This document shows positions 51,133 to 64,000 of a DNA stretch of 64,000 nt, piece after piece. This DNA is from the human T2T-CHM13v2.0 reference genome, Homo sapiens. The stretch is from the NCBI RefSeq assembly GCF_009914755.1, contig NC_060929.1. One strand, written 5' to 3'. The stretch's first letter is position 1. Every line of letters begins with the position of its first letter. The notes under the pieces are model-generated. The model had not been told where the DNA came from. It searched no databases and saw nothing but the letters and a program-made list of their open reading frames with translations. The position numbers were made by a program, and so were the translations under genes.

Positions 51133-51415
51133 CACTTGGGAGTTTTCAGCCCCTGGCAACCACTAATCTTTTCACCATCTCTACAATGTTATTATTTCAA
51201 GAATGTTACAAAAATGGAATCATGTAGTTTGTAGGCTTTTGAAATTGGTATTTTTTCTACTTAGTGTAATTTCCTTTATATCATCCAAGTTGATGTTTTT
51301 ACCAATAGTTTTTCCCTTTTATTGTTCTGGCAGTCTGTAGTATGGCTCTACCATCGTTGGTTTAACCATTCTGCATTGAAGGACATTTGTTTCCAGCTTT
51401 TCGCTATTATGAAAT

Positions 51416-51799
51416 TGTCTTAGTCCATTTTGTGCTGCTATAACAGAATATCTGAGACTGGGTAATTTATAAAAAACAGAGATTTATTTCTTATAGTTCT
51501 GGAGTCTGGAAAGTTCAAGATTGAGGGGCCCACATCTGACGAGGACCTTCTTGCTGTGTCATCCCATCATGGAAAGTGGAGGAGCAAGAGAGCACAAGAC
51601 ATTAGTGGGGAGAAATAGAAGGGGACAGAACTCTTCTTTTTATCAGGAACCCACTCCTGAGACAACAACATTAATCCATTTATGAGGGCAGAGTCCTTGT
51701 GAACTAATCACCTCTTAAAGGTCCCATCTCTCAACACTGTTGTATTGGGGATTAAGTTTCCAACAAATGAACTTTGGGGGACACGGTCAAACCATAGCA
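51416..51799 (-). mobile_element. MaLR solo LTR (MSTC-like)
   Basis: tgtcttagtccattttgtgctgctataacagaata...aaaccatagca with intact TG...CA ends. Confidence 0.88.
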
Positions 51800-52499
51800 C
51801 GAATAAAGCAGCTATGAACATTCATTTGCAGGTTTTTGCATGAACACAGTTTTCATTTCATAAATACCCAAGAATGTACAATTGCCCTTTTACTTAGCAT
51901 TTAGATTTTTCCTTTAAAGTTTATTCTGAGGCAATTGTTTTCATACTCTGTTTGTGAGAAACTATTGTTCTTTCCAAGGCCTTAAAGCTATGACTAATTC
52001 TGTAAACACAGTTATTGTAATTTCAGGTTAATATTTTTAAGGAGTATATACAGCCTTGTGTGAAAAGAGAGAAATGGATTCAAAACTAAGCAATTTTTAA
52101 GTGTGCCATGTTTATTAACTAAGATATGTATGTAAATAACCAGTAGATTATTTTTTGAAGTAGCATGAGTCAAAATAAATCAAATTGAGAGCCCCTTCAG
52201 CTTGTCTGTCAGGTCAGGAATGAACTAATTTGTACGTACCTTTTCTCCCTCATCTTGTGTCAGTCCTTCACTATGTACCAGTTACATAATCTTCTTTCCT
52301 TAGCTAGGCTCTGTCCTTCTTCAGGGACTTGAGCATGTTAATCATTATGGATCCTCATTTCTTCTTCCGCCTTTGCCTGTTTAACTCTTACTTATGAGAT
52401 TTCCTTAATGAGACATTTCCTCCCTCCCCAAACGTAAGTTTAGTTACCTTCTTTTTTTCTCTTGCAGCACTTTGTTTTGTTTTGTTTTTCATATAAAAA

Positions 52500-52725
52500 A
52501 CAGCTAGGACTCTGGAATGTTAAGAGTGGGGATTCTGGAATCAGACTTGGGCAAGTTACTTAATCTTTATGTGCCTCTGTAATTATTGTCTTAAAATGAA
52601 CATAAAAGTAGTACCTAATTCATAAGATAAGGATTAAATGAATTAAAATATATAAATCCCTTAGATAACAATGCTAGGCATATGTTAAGCACTATGTTAG
52701 TATCATCAAATGTTGTTGTTACTGT
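52500..52725 (+). mobile_element. MIR
   Basis: gacttgggcaagttacttaatctttatgtgcctc...ggattaaatgaattaaaatatataaa. Confidence 0.8.
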
Positions 52726-53982
52726 TATGGAATTTATCACAAATATGTAATTATATGTTTCGTAGTGATTATTCATCACCCCTACTGGACTCTAAGGTCT
52801 GTGAGGATATGTCTATTTGGTTTACCACTGTATCCTCAACAACTGCTGGTTGTCCCTATTGTAGGTGTTAGGTATTAAGTGCATGATAGTGAATACATAA
52901 AGGTTTACTTTTTTAAAAAAATTCAGGAAACCAGATAATCAAAAAGAAAGAAATTAATCACTTAATAAGTTTCATCTCCCAGGGATAAGAAAACATAGGT
53001 AAAGAGAGATTAAACTACTCCTTCAAGTTCAGGCAATTCAGTATTCTAATTGAAAGTGTTGTGTTTCCTTTTTAAGTCTAGTTTTGCTTTTGTGTTTATA
53101 TGTCATAATTAATTGTGTTAAAACATAATTTTAGAAACCGATCTTTCTATATCCCTCTTTTCTATACCCCCCAATTTTACTTCACTTTCTTAAACAACAA
53201 TAAAAGTCTCCTGTAACATAAGAAAGCTTTTCTTCCTAATTATCTTCTTTAGGTACTTTAAAAAAAATCAATCAGCTATCACATGTTATGGACAAGGGGA
53301 ATCACTATTGAGTTAATATCCTAAGACGTTCAAAACCCAGAACCAAAAAAAAAAAAAAAACCACCAAAAATGCTGTTTGGAGAGTTTCAGGTTTAATTAA
53401 AGAGTTTGTTCAGGTGTTTTTGCTGTTTGGAATCATTATCTGAGAAATTATGCTATAACACATGGTCATTTGATTCTGTTTCCATTAGCCTTCTACTCTG
53501 GGATATATGGCTACTACATTTTCTTTTTAATAATCTGTGTTTCACAGTAAGTTTACTTTTGTGGAACTCTATTATTAAATAAATCAGAAATCTCACTTAA
53601 AATTTAAAAAATTATTTTTCTAATGAAAAATTGATATTACAGAACTAAATTTTTAAAAGTTTATGTACAGAAAGGATATAGTATTTGATGTTATCAAAAC
53701 TTACATGTTATGATTAGTTCATTGACCATGAGTATATTAATTTAGAAAAAAATACATCCCTAATTTACATCATCCTTAATTTGTATACTTGTCATGTAGT
53801 GCAGGGGTCCAGTGGAAATCATAGAAAGGTTGCTGTAGGTAATGAGTCACAAGTCACTTTTCTCCATTGATAGCTTCTTTTTCTGTAAATCGAACTATTT
53901 AAAATAATTTAAAAACTTAGATCCTTAGTAAAAAGCTGTTTTTTATTGGTCTAAGTTGACTTTTTAAAAATTTATTTTCCCT

Positions 53983-54580
<598 letters not shown>

Positions 54581-54844
54581 AAATTATCCTCCCTAAAAAG
54601 CTATTCCAGTATCTTTTTTCACATTCATTAGTTATATTATTTAGTGGTTATATTTGGTTCTCTTGAACTGTTTTCTGAGTTTTTGAAACCAATTGCACAA
54701 ATACAGCGCAAGGGAAACATGGTTTAGCAGTAGTAGGACTGAAAAAAAGTTTTAATTCTTGCTAACCTCACTGTGAGACTGTAGTATTTTGTACCTAACA
54801 AAAAATTTTCCGCAGTAATCTTTAGTTAAAAAAAAACCCTTCTA

Positions 54845-54988
54845 TTACAGAAAACTATATAGTTGTTATATTGTAACTTCAAATTTTTGTTGTATTTTTT
54901 ATTGTCATATTGTTTTTTCTCAAATATTTTCAGTCCACAATTTGTTGAATCCATGGATGTGGAACCTGTGAATACGGAAGGCCAACTG
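54845..54988 (+). mobile_element. MER2 3' fragment
   Basis: gttgaatccatggatgtggaacctgtgaatacggaaggccaactg followed by TA. Confidence 0.8.
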
Positions 54989-54994
54989 TACAAA

Positions 54995-55430
54995 AAAGAT
55001 CCCAGAATTAATAAGTAAGGTTTAGTAAGCTTTCGGGATACAGAATTAATATACAATATTCTATTGTATTTCTGCATCCTAACAATTAACAATTGGAAAT
55101 CAAAAATTTGTCAATTATAATAACATCAAAAATGTGAACTACTTAGGAATGAATCTGAAAAAGTATGTGAAAGCACCGTAGACCAAAAACTAGTAAACAT
55201 TGCTGAGTGAAATTAAAGAATATCTAAATTAGTGGAGACATATAAATTGTTTGTAGATCATAATGCTCAATATGGTTATCAGTTCTCAAATTGTTACATA
55301 GATTGAATGCTATATCTATCATATTCCAAGCAGCTTTGTAGAAACTGACAAGATGATTCTAAAATCCATATGTAACTATAAAAAAAAAACCCTAGCATCA
55401 GAACAGTTTGGGAAGAGGGAATAAATTTGT
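54995..55430 (+). mobile_element. Old L1M ORF2 fragment
   Basis: tacttaggaatgaatctgaaaaagtatgtg; gtagaaactgacaagatgattctaaaatccata. Confidence 0.75.
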
Positions 55431-55439
55431 ACTAAAGCA

Positions 55440-56130
55440 GAGATATTGATTAGATAATTGGATATGAGTCTAGTATATGGGAGAAAAGTCAGATTTAGAG
55501 ATACAAATTTGGGAGCCAGAAGCACAGAAGCACTATTTTAAAATCATGCCACTGAATGAGTTCAACAGTAGAGTACGGAGAGGAAGATAAAAAGAACCAG
55601 AAGAGGATCCTGGAGTGGCCAGTTTAGTCAGCAGAAAAACTAGGAGAATGTGTTGTTCTGGAAGACAAAGAATTATTCAAGGAGGAGAGAATGATCAACT
55701 TTGTTGATTTCTAGGTCAAATCATATGAGGTGAGAGGCTTGCCCACTGAATCTAGCAATTTTAATGTAATTGCTAACTGTGGCAAGATATTTGGTGGAAT
55801 GGAGAATAAAAACACATATGGTTGTGGGTTCCAAGAGAAAGTAGGAGAAGAATTAGGGATGAATATAAACAACTGAGGGAATTTTGCTGTGAAAGGGAAC
55901 AGAAAAATTAAGCCATTGTTGGAGAGAGATCATAGGGGTCAAGATAAATGGTGGGGTTTTTTTGTGTTTTGTTTTTATTGGAAGTAGGGACAATTATTTG
56001 CATATATATGTTTTATGCTGATTGGAATTATTCAATATGTGGAAAAATTGATGATGCAGGAGAGAGGAGAATTGCTGAAACGGTATTTTTGAATGAGTTA
56101 GAGCAGGATAGAGATCAGTATGCAGATGAC
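55440..56130 (-). mobile_element. L2 fragment
   Basis: aggagagaatgatcaactttg; cccactgaatctagcaa; ttttgctgtgaaagggaacaga. Confidence 0.7.
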
Positions 56131-58375
56131 ACATAAGTGATCCATGATTTTTTGCATCTCTTCCACGTATACCTTTTCTTGATTGCTCTTTCATGTGCTT
56201 TATTAATGATCTTACCTATTGGGAGAGTTTCCTAAAGTATCTGAAGCATATTCCATGTTTTCGTACTAGATTGTCTTGAAGAACTGAAGATCAAAAATCA
56301 AAGTAGCCAGAGTTTCTTGAAAAGATTCTTAAGGCAGCCAGATTCCAAATGGCTAACAGAACCAAAATGGCAAAGACTATTACATACTTTTATAATTTAA
56401 TATTAATATAGAAGTCTTGTTCACAAATTTTTCTTATATTTCACATGTACATCTCAAAAAGTTTCCATTTCAGTATTTAAACAAAAAACCACACACTTCA
56501 GGATCTTTTGCTTTCTAATATTGTTGAATAATCAATTCAGAAGAATCTGGCCAATCTTTGATGTGCTAGTAAAAAAAAAACCAAAGCTGAATTTTTAATT
56601 TTCTCACTTATTTACATAAGTTGAAAGTGTGCCCTCTTGTGGACTATTCAGTAATTTTCACATAAAAGCCTTTTCCTTGTATATTGCAGACTAAATTAAT
56701 TGTATATCATCACATATGTTTTGGTCAAACGTTGAGATCTAGATCTTAATGTTAAGTTCTTTAAAACCTAAACCTCATTTGGAAATAAACAGTCATTGTT
56801 TGATTTTGCATTTCTAATACAATTGTGTATGAAACAGTCTTTTAACAGTTTCAACCTATATAAGGGACTTGGAGACAGGCTATTTCTTTTGCAATATAAA
56901 AGAAGATGAGAAATAAATTTTGTTTTGGTGTGTTGGGAGTGGACTAGGAATCCAAACAATTCATAGACGCGCTTGGAAATTTCCTCCGTAGCCTCTATGT
57001 AAAAATAAATTTTTAATAATCAAATTCCAGGACACAGGACTATTTTTTTCCTGAGGTAGTTTGTAGTTTTGTGTAGTTTGGTACAATTAAACTTTGCATA
57101 ACTAACTACAGGCCTCTGCAAATCCATTTAACTGTATAACAAACTGGGACTATTTAAAGTTATGTGAAGTTTTATTAAAGTCAGTTCATAGATGTGTATA
57201 GTTTTGCTTATTGTTTTATTTCTCAGCAAACATACACATATTTTATAAACTGCTTTTGAGAAACCCTAAATCTCAACTTTATTTACTTAGTGGTAACTTT
57301 TCTTTCTCTGCATAATAGTACTCAGTAGTGTAAATATATCCTTCTAATACACGTTATAAATATGTGATATAGCTACACTATTGGGACACGCATATACATT
57401 ATTGGTATCCAGCGGTGGCTGCAGAGAGCTCAGGGTTCCAGAAGCAAAGCAAGTGTCTGAAGAGAGTTTTAGAACTTTGCTTTATTTTGCATTTTAAAAA
57501 TTTATTGGAAGTAATTTGAAACTTTAGAAAAGCAGAAATGTTTTAAAGAAAGTGAGAATTTTTACAGTGCAGCTTATTGGGAACTTTTTGTTTTTGAGGT
57601 AGGATTTGAGGAAGATCCTTTCAGAAGTATCTTAAATAGCATGTGAAAAATCTGTTCTTGAATAGCAGGCAGGGAAAAGGAATCTGAAGGTGGCTTGACT
57701 GAAGTGAAAGGATTCTGCTGGAGAGGTGCCACTCTCTAGGGACTCACTGACCTATTTAAAATAGTAAGTAGTACCACATAGATTTATTTATTTATTTACT
57801 TAACCTGTGTAGCTATTTAGCATTTATATCCCACCTATTTCCTAAAAGGATTTTAGGTGTTTTATAATGTTAAATGTAATATAAACCAGGACAATAAAAA
57901 TATACTAGTTTAAACTTTTTAAAAAATTCTTTAATGTGAGAAGGCTGAGCAAAGGGCAAGGAGAACCTTTTCATTCTCCCCCCAGAAATCTTGCTCCTCT
58001 TTTACTAAAGCTTTCAATCATCTCTCCAAGTGGTGGCAGGGCAATTCTAAGGTCTGACCTTAGTTCTTAGCATAGTATGTTAACAGATTTACCCTTAGTT
58101 TTCTGGCCCACCAAGACTCCAGCAGACTTTCTGTTGCCCAACAGGCTGGGCTGCAGCCACACTATAACAAGGTCTGAATCTCAGCCTTGTGAGATGAGTA
58201 TGCTTTTCCAAATTCTTATTTTCCTCAGATATTTTCCTCCCTTAAACATGTGGATGGTAGCTGTTTCCTGTATTTGCCATTCCTGTATTTTGTAGAATCC
58301 TTTTTATACCTTCTAGTTAACCATTTTTTTACTACTTAATAATTCTATATATTAAATTTTTCTTGCTCAAAAACA

Positions 58376-58448
58376 GTGTGTGTGTGTGTATATATATGCA
58401 TGTGTCTGTGTGTGTGTATATGTATATATATACACACACATATATGTA
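58376..58448. repeat. Compound (TG)n/(TA)n/(CA)n microsatellite
   Basis: Read directly. Confidence 0.9.
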
Positions 58449-58769
58449 CTTAGTTTTAAGCCTTTCCCCCACCACCAAAAAAATTAACATTAGCAAAGGT
58501 GTTAATTAGCTAAATATTCCACATATATGAAATTTCAGTTTATTCAAAATAATGTTATAATCACACAAGGTGACAATATAGTTTAAAGAATACTGACCTA
58601 GAGATCAAACACTTATATTCTAGTCTTGGCTAGTGAATTACTAGCTCAGAGACCTTGAACAGACACTTATGTTCTTTGAAGAACTTTTACTGTTTGCTGT
58701 AGGTTTATCTTTTTTCCATAGCAGTGTAGATGTTTCTCAGTTTTATGTCCTTTAGGCAAACATAAGAAT

Positions 58770-58960
58770 ATAAGATTTGATTAGAAACACCTGAGTTCAA
58801 ATCCTATTTCTGCTGCATGCTGCCTGTTTAGCTGTAGAGAGAGTATTTACGCCCTGAAACTTAATTTTTGCATCTGTGAAATAGTGATAATCTTTACAAT
58901 CCTTTGATATTGGAATGATTAAGGAAAGGAATATATAAATATCTGACACATAAGAAGTGC
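58770..58960 (+). mobile_element. MIR
   Basis: acctgagttcaaatcctatttctgc...tgcatctgtgaaatagtgataat. Confidence 0.7.
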
Positions 58961-60869
58961 CAAAAAAAATTTCCCCTACAGCATTACTTTATTTCTTGCC
59001 TATCTGATCTATTATAATGTAACTGTTATCAACCCTCAATAAGTGGCTTCCATAACTATAGCTATAGTTCAGACTACTTTTGTCAGATTGTGAATTTCCA
59101 ACTTCCTGCTTTAGACATCTCCAACTAGATATTACACTGGCATTTTAATCTGAACAAGTCCAAAATCACACCATGGTTACATGTAAGTACTGCAGTATTC
59201 TAACAGAACTTTCTGCTTCCATCCTCTGTCTCTTTCTCCCCCACCCTATCTTCCTTATCACTATTAAATTAGTCTTAACTGAAAGCTTAAGGATGTGGAA
59301 AAAGATATCAACATTATGTAAGAAACTCCCTTGCAGGCTCCAATTGACTTTTCTGGCCATATGCTCTGTCTAAAGTGTTTATGAATATACCTTGCATATT
59401 ATATTAGTCTTTAGCACCTAGCTCAGTATACTTCATAGAAGATGCTTAACATAGGTAATTATTTAAATATTCAGAGAAATCTATGTACATATAGCAGCAA
59501 CAGGAGACTTACTAATTTTTTTATTTTATCATAGTTTATATTAGTATTTTCCTGAATCATAAAGTAATATTCTAATCATAATAAAAGTCCAAGGAGTACA
59601 GATAGAAATACCACCAAAATAAGAATTCCCCAGCATCTCAGCATATACCCGACCCCTAATCATTGTTAAAGGTTTAATAATGTTCTTTTTTTTCATGCCT
59701 AGACCATCATTTTTATGAAAATGTGTTTTAAGCAAAAGTATTTAGCTTGGTTGATGAGCTTATGATGTGCACACTGATATTTTCAGTTAGCAATATATCT
59801 TTAATATCTTTTCATGAATTTTAAGAATCTTTGCCATTCTTCTTTATTTTAGTGCCAATTTGCTGAGAGATTAAAATATAGAATCATCACTGTAAAGTTG
59901 GTTCAGGCTTTAATTCAATGATTCTTTCTCTTTTCTCCCTCTGAAATATGTACCCCCCTTTACCACATTCTTGTGGCCAAACTCAAATTTTAAAGGGCAG
60001 AGGATGTTCCATCTTGTTAACCATTGTACTTTGCTTGCCTAGCATACATAGTGTCTGACACAGTAACATAAGATAAATATTAATTGGATGCCTCATGAAG
60101 GACTAAATATTTTAGAAATAGTATGTTGTGTTGGGTGCCACTTATAACTCAGGAGGTACTTACAGGTTTGAATGAACTGTTATGTAACCTGATACAGCAT
60201 TTTAAACTGTTAACTATTAAGCATAGTAAAAGGAAAATGCTTTAGTTATGTTGAAGACAAGATGAAGCAGATTTTTCTGGAAAACAACACAAAGTAGAGT
60301 TTAAAGCAATTTATTAAATTGCTAAGACAGATTGAATAGTTATTATGAGAAAAGTTACCAGAATCGTATCTTACATCCATCATGTATTTAGCTCATTTTT
60401 AGTGTATTCAAAGATGGAGAAAATAAGGGGTTTGTGCTTGGTAAGATTCATTTGCTAAAATGTCATTGTACAAATTTTGAAAAGAAAGGTTATGAACTTA
60501 ACATAAAAAATACCATGGTGTTTACTTACTCATTGTAATCTTGTATCCAAAACTGTTTTTCCTCAAAGTGAATTTTGCTTTCTGCTCAATAGTTCAGATC
60601 AAGAAGAAAGTAAGAGTAATTGAAGTGCCATAGAAATGTGAATCACATACTAAATGTGGTTATAAAGTAAGGATCCTAACTCCATAAAGCCAGAGTCACC
60701 ATACTTCACTGTCACATGGTGTAGTATACTGACTAACAGTCTTTTAAACTGGATGTTTCAATCAACCCGTAAAATAATATTTAAAAAAGAATGAGACATC
60801 TGTATAAATGAAAGATTTCTAAGATAATATACATGGCAAAAGTAAGATGCAGAAGAATATATAACAAAT

Positions 60870-61075
60870 AACATTTGTTGCATTTAACGAACACTTAGTA
60901 CATGCCCAGCACAGTTCTAAGAACTTTACACATATTATTTCATCCTCACAACAAAATTTAATAATAATTACCTACCTCATATATCAGAGATGAGGAAACT
61001 GAGGTGCAGAGATTAAATAAGTTGTCCAAGGTTATGTAGTAAGTGGGGGAGCTTGGATTCAAACACACAGCCTAA
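60870..61075 (-). mobile_element. MIR
   Basis: agatgaggaaactgaggtgcagagattaaataagttgtccaaggt. Confidence 0.85.
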
Positions 61076-61189
61076 TTAATATTTTTCTTCTTGGCTATAT
61101 ATTTTGAGTACATTGATTGTGTATGCATAGTAATCTCTCATGGATGTACCATCATTTGTTATACTAATAATATTGTTATACATTTTAGC

Positions 61190-61390
61190 TGTTAGTTTAA
61201 GTGTCCATGTGCCAGATAGCCTGATCTTGACTCCAGCTGTATGGCCTTAGGCAAATTATTTATCTTCTCTGTACATCACATTCTTCATCAAATAGAACTG
61301 TAATATTAGCACCTCAGGTTCATATGAGGATTAAATGAGGATTAAATTTATTACATAGTAAGTGCTGAGCAAACATGAGTTACCATTTCT
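61190..61390 (+). mobile_element. MIR
   Basis: ccagctgtatggccttaggcaaattatttatcttctctgtacatca...gaggattaaatgag. Confidence 0.75.
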
Positions 61391-63846
61391 ATTTTTTAAT
61401 CACTAAAAGTAAAAATATTGTGGGAATATCTACATGTGTATGTTAACATGTATATGATTATTTCTTTAGGATATATTTCTAAAAGTGAAATTGTTGAGAA
61501 AAAATGATGCATTTTTTTAAGGCTTTGGTTATAGGGTGCAAAGTGGCCCGCCAGAAAGTTTATCTACCATCAGATAATAAGAATGCCTTTTATTCCAAAT
61601 CTGTCCCAATTTTAGTAGTATTATAATCCCTACTGATACTGTTTTATTTGCACTTCTTTTGTTTGCTTGAGGAAGTTGTAAATTTTGTTGTGAAATTAAA
61701 TGAAGAAGTGGAGTCTTTAAAAATCTTGGCAAATGCTTAAAAGTTCCCTTCAGACTCATTAGAATGGACTAAATTGATAATTTACTATAATATCTTCCCC
61801 TAATTAAGCATTCTTTTAATTAAACCTCAAGCCATTCTTAAATTTAGTTTATAAATGATTTCTCAATGTATTTTGTTCGATTTAGTTCTTAGTATTACAA
61901 CAGTTAAATTTTTTTCTGCTTTCTGTCGCCAGTATTTATTTCTCCTACCTTATGATTTAAATAATTGTAGGTGAGCAGGCCCAAGACTATGACTTTTAAT
62001 ACTGTGGTGAAATATATACTGGAATGCCAAATAATTATTTATAATAGATCTTTTAGAAGTAGGAATTATTTGTATTGAAAAGATGCCTTTCCCTCTATTT
62101 GTTTTGAAAAGACTCCTGTTCTTCATCTGTTCTCCCGAATCTGTTTAGTAATGCTGTTAACTTTCTGGATCACTTACTATGTGCCAGGTGGTATGTCAAA
62201 TGATATATGTGCATTATTTTATTTTATTCTCATCACCACTTAGAGGTGGGCTACTTTCCTCACTCTTCCATTTTTTCAAATCAGCAACTCTCAGATGGCT
62301 TTGCCTGGTTTAAAATTTACCCACAATTTTAAAGACATTTTACCTGAACTCACAAAGCACTGTGCAGTATACTCTTATAGTTCTATTCCCTCCATCCCTT
62401 TCAGTGTTCAACCCACTAAATTTATTTTATAATCTACTAATCAGTCACCAATCACAGATTGTAAAGCACTACCTTAAGTGACAGTTTTAAAGCCCTCATT
62501 AAAATCTTCTTTACAGTTTGGTTGCAGTTTCATTCTAGACACATGTCAGCTTCAGTTTTACGAAAAACAATATACTTTCACAGAGCCAAGCAGTCCAAAA
62601 CATTATTCAATCCAGAGCCAAAAATGTCATAGCTAGTTAGTTAGGGTTGTGTTTGTTCATGTTTAGAATCCTAGGAACGCTATTTCTTGATGGACCCTGG
62701 TCACCTTCCAACATAAAGTAGCAACATTTCCACAGATTACTTACATTTATTAAAAGCTGTGACTTTAGCTAAAATTGTAACCTCATTTCTACCAAATTCC
62801 TCTGCTGTTCTTCAAAATCTTGGATTCCAGTGGAATTAGCCATAGTTCAGCAGTGAAGATCAAATATTTTTGTCAGTAATCATCAACGTGTAATTAAAGC
62901 ACTTTAAACCAAGTAAGTATTGTTGCTCTCCCGCCCTTTCCCCTTTACTCCCAGTGTTTACTTGACATCATTTCAGTGCATTTTTATGTCACTGTGAAAA
63001 GCACAATCTTGTGGTTAGGTTTATTAATCTTCTAGTTCATACATGGGTAACTAAATACATAGTCATTTTTAGGCTAAAAATCCTAGCCTGGGGTTGGATC
63101 TGCTCTATTTGTTACTCACCTGGGACTTAAGAAAACAGTCAGGTAGCCCACAGTAGAATCCTCTAGCATATTACTCTCTTTAGGTTCCTATTCTCTGAGT
63201 TAAATAATTAAATACAGTCATTTGTTACTTAATCTGCTTGAATATGGCAGTGTACGTGTACAACAGTGAGTTGTATATGAATAACAAGATATTTTTGTGA
63301 TCTGTAATTTTCATTCAATGGTTTCTTTCCATTAATTACTGAGCATAAGTTGGAACTTTCTTATTAGCATAAATTTAGGAAAAATTCATTGTGTTTTGGT
63401 GACCTTTATCAGATTTTAAATTCCAACCAACTTTTTAAAGTGCTTGATGTGACTACTAACTATGCAGTGTTGCATTAAATTTCTTTAGTAATTGTTAAAT
63501 AATCAAATTAATAATTTCAAAGAGTAGAAATTAGTAATTTCACAGTGTAGCAAATGGACAAATATAGAATAGCTAGTAGTGATTATAGCTTTCCTATATT
63601 ATTTCCTGTGCCTTTTCCTTTCAGTGGGCTTCTGCTAGAAATTTTGTCAGTCATTCACCAAAGGAAAGTAATGTTTTTTCCCTTAGCTGGCAATTAGTAA
63701 AGAATGTACATATAAAGGTCTTTAAACTGTAAAGAAAAAAGAGGAAATGATTACCACAAAGACAAGATAGTTAATACCCCTAGAAGGAACCAGAATGCTA
63801 GCCTTTTGGATGATGATTCTATGGATGCTTACTTTATAACTCTGTT

Positions 63847-63850
<4 letters not shown>

Positions 63851-63896
<46 letters not shown>

Positions 63897-63922
63897 CGCG
63901 CGCGCGCGCATGTGTGTGTGTA
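63851..63922. repeat. (TG)19(CG)10CA(TG)5TA compound microsatellite
   Basis: Read directly; 72 bp of uninterrupted pyrimidine-purine alternation. Confidence 0.97.
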
Positions 63923-64000
63923 GCAGTTTAATGTACCTTTGTGCAATAGGTCTTATATTTATAATAATAATGTTTGGGGTGAAGGAAATTCTTAGTTTTA

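Overview
This is AT-rich, CpG-depleted primate (human-like) genomic DNA, not microbial. It contains no recognisable host-gene coding exon, CpG island, tRNA, rRNA or CRISPR array. The window is a mosaic of interspersed repeats: about 20 Alu-family elements, two young L1PA insertions with target-site duplications (TSDs), several older L1PA/L1M copies, L2, MIR, MaLR LTRs and Tigger/hAT DNA transposons. The long L1s and most Alus lie on the minus strand and the plus strand looks T-rich, which suggests one long intron of a plus-strand gene (inference; gene not identified). The ORFs with recognisable homology are L1 ORF2 or Alu derived, and the rest look like chance ORFs. I found no evidence for a new multi-gene system. 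The best oddities are two locally templated, palindromic insertion scars (in an L1PA at 29360-29411 and an AluSc at 34936-34966), a 72-bp Z-DNA-prone tract with 10 consecutive CpGs, and a few candidate cryptic splicing or polyadenylation elements. Subfamily calls come from recalled consensus features. Boundaries of old repeats are approximate.
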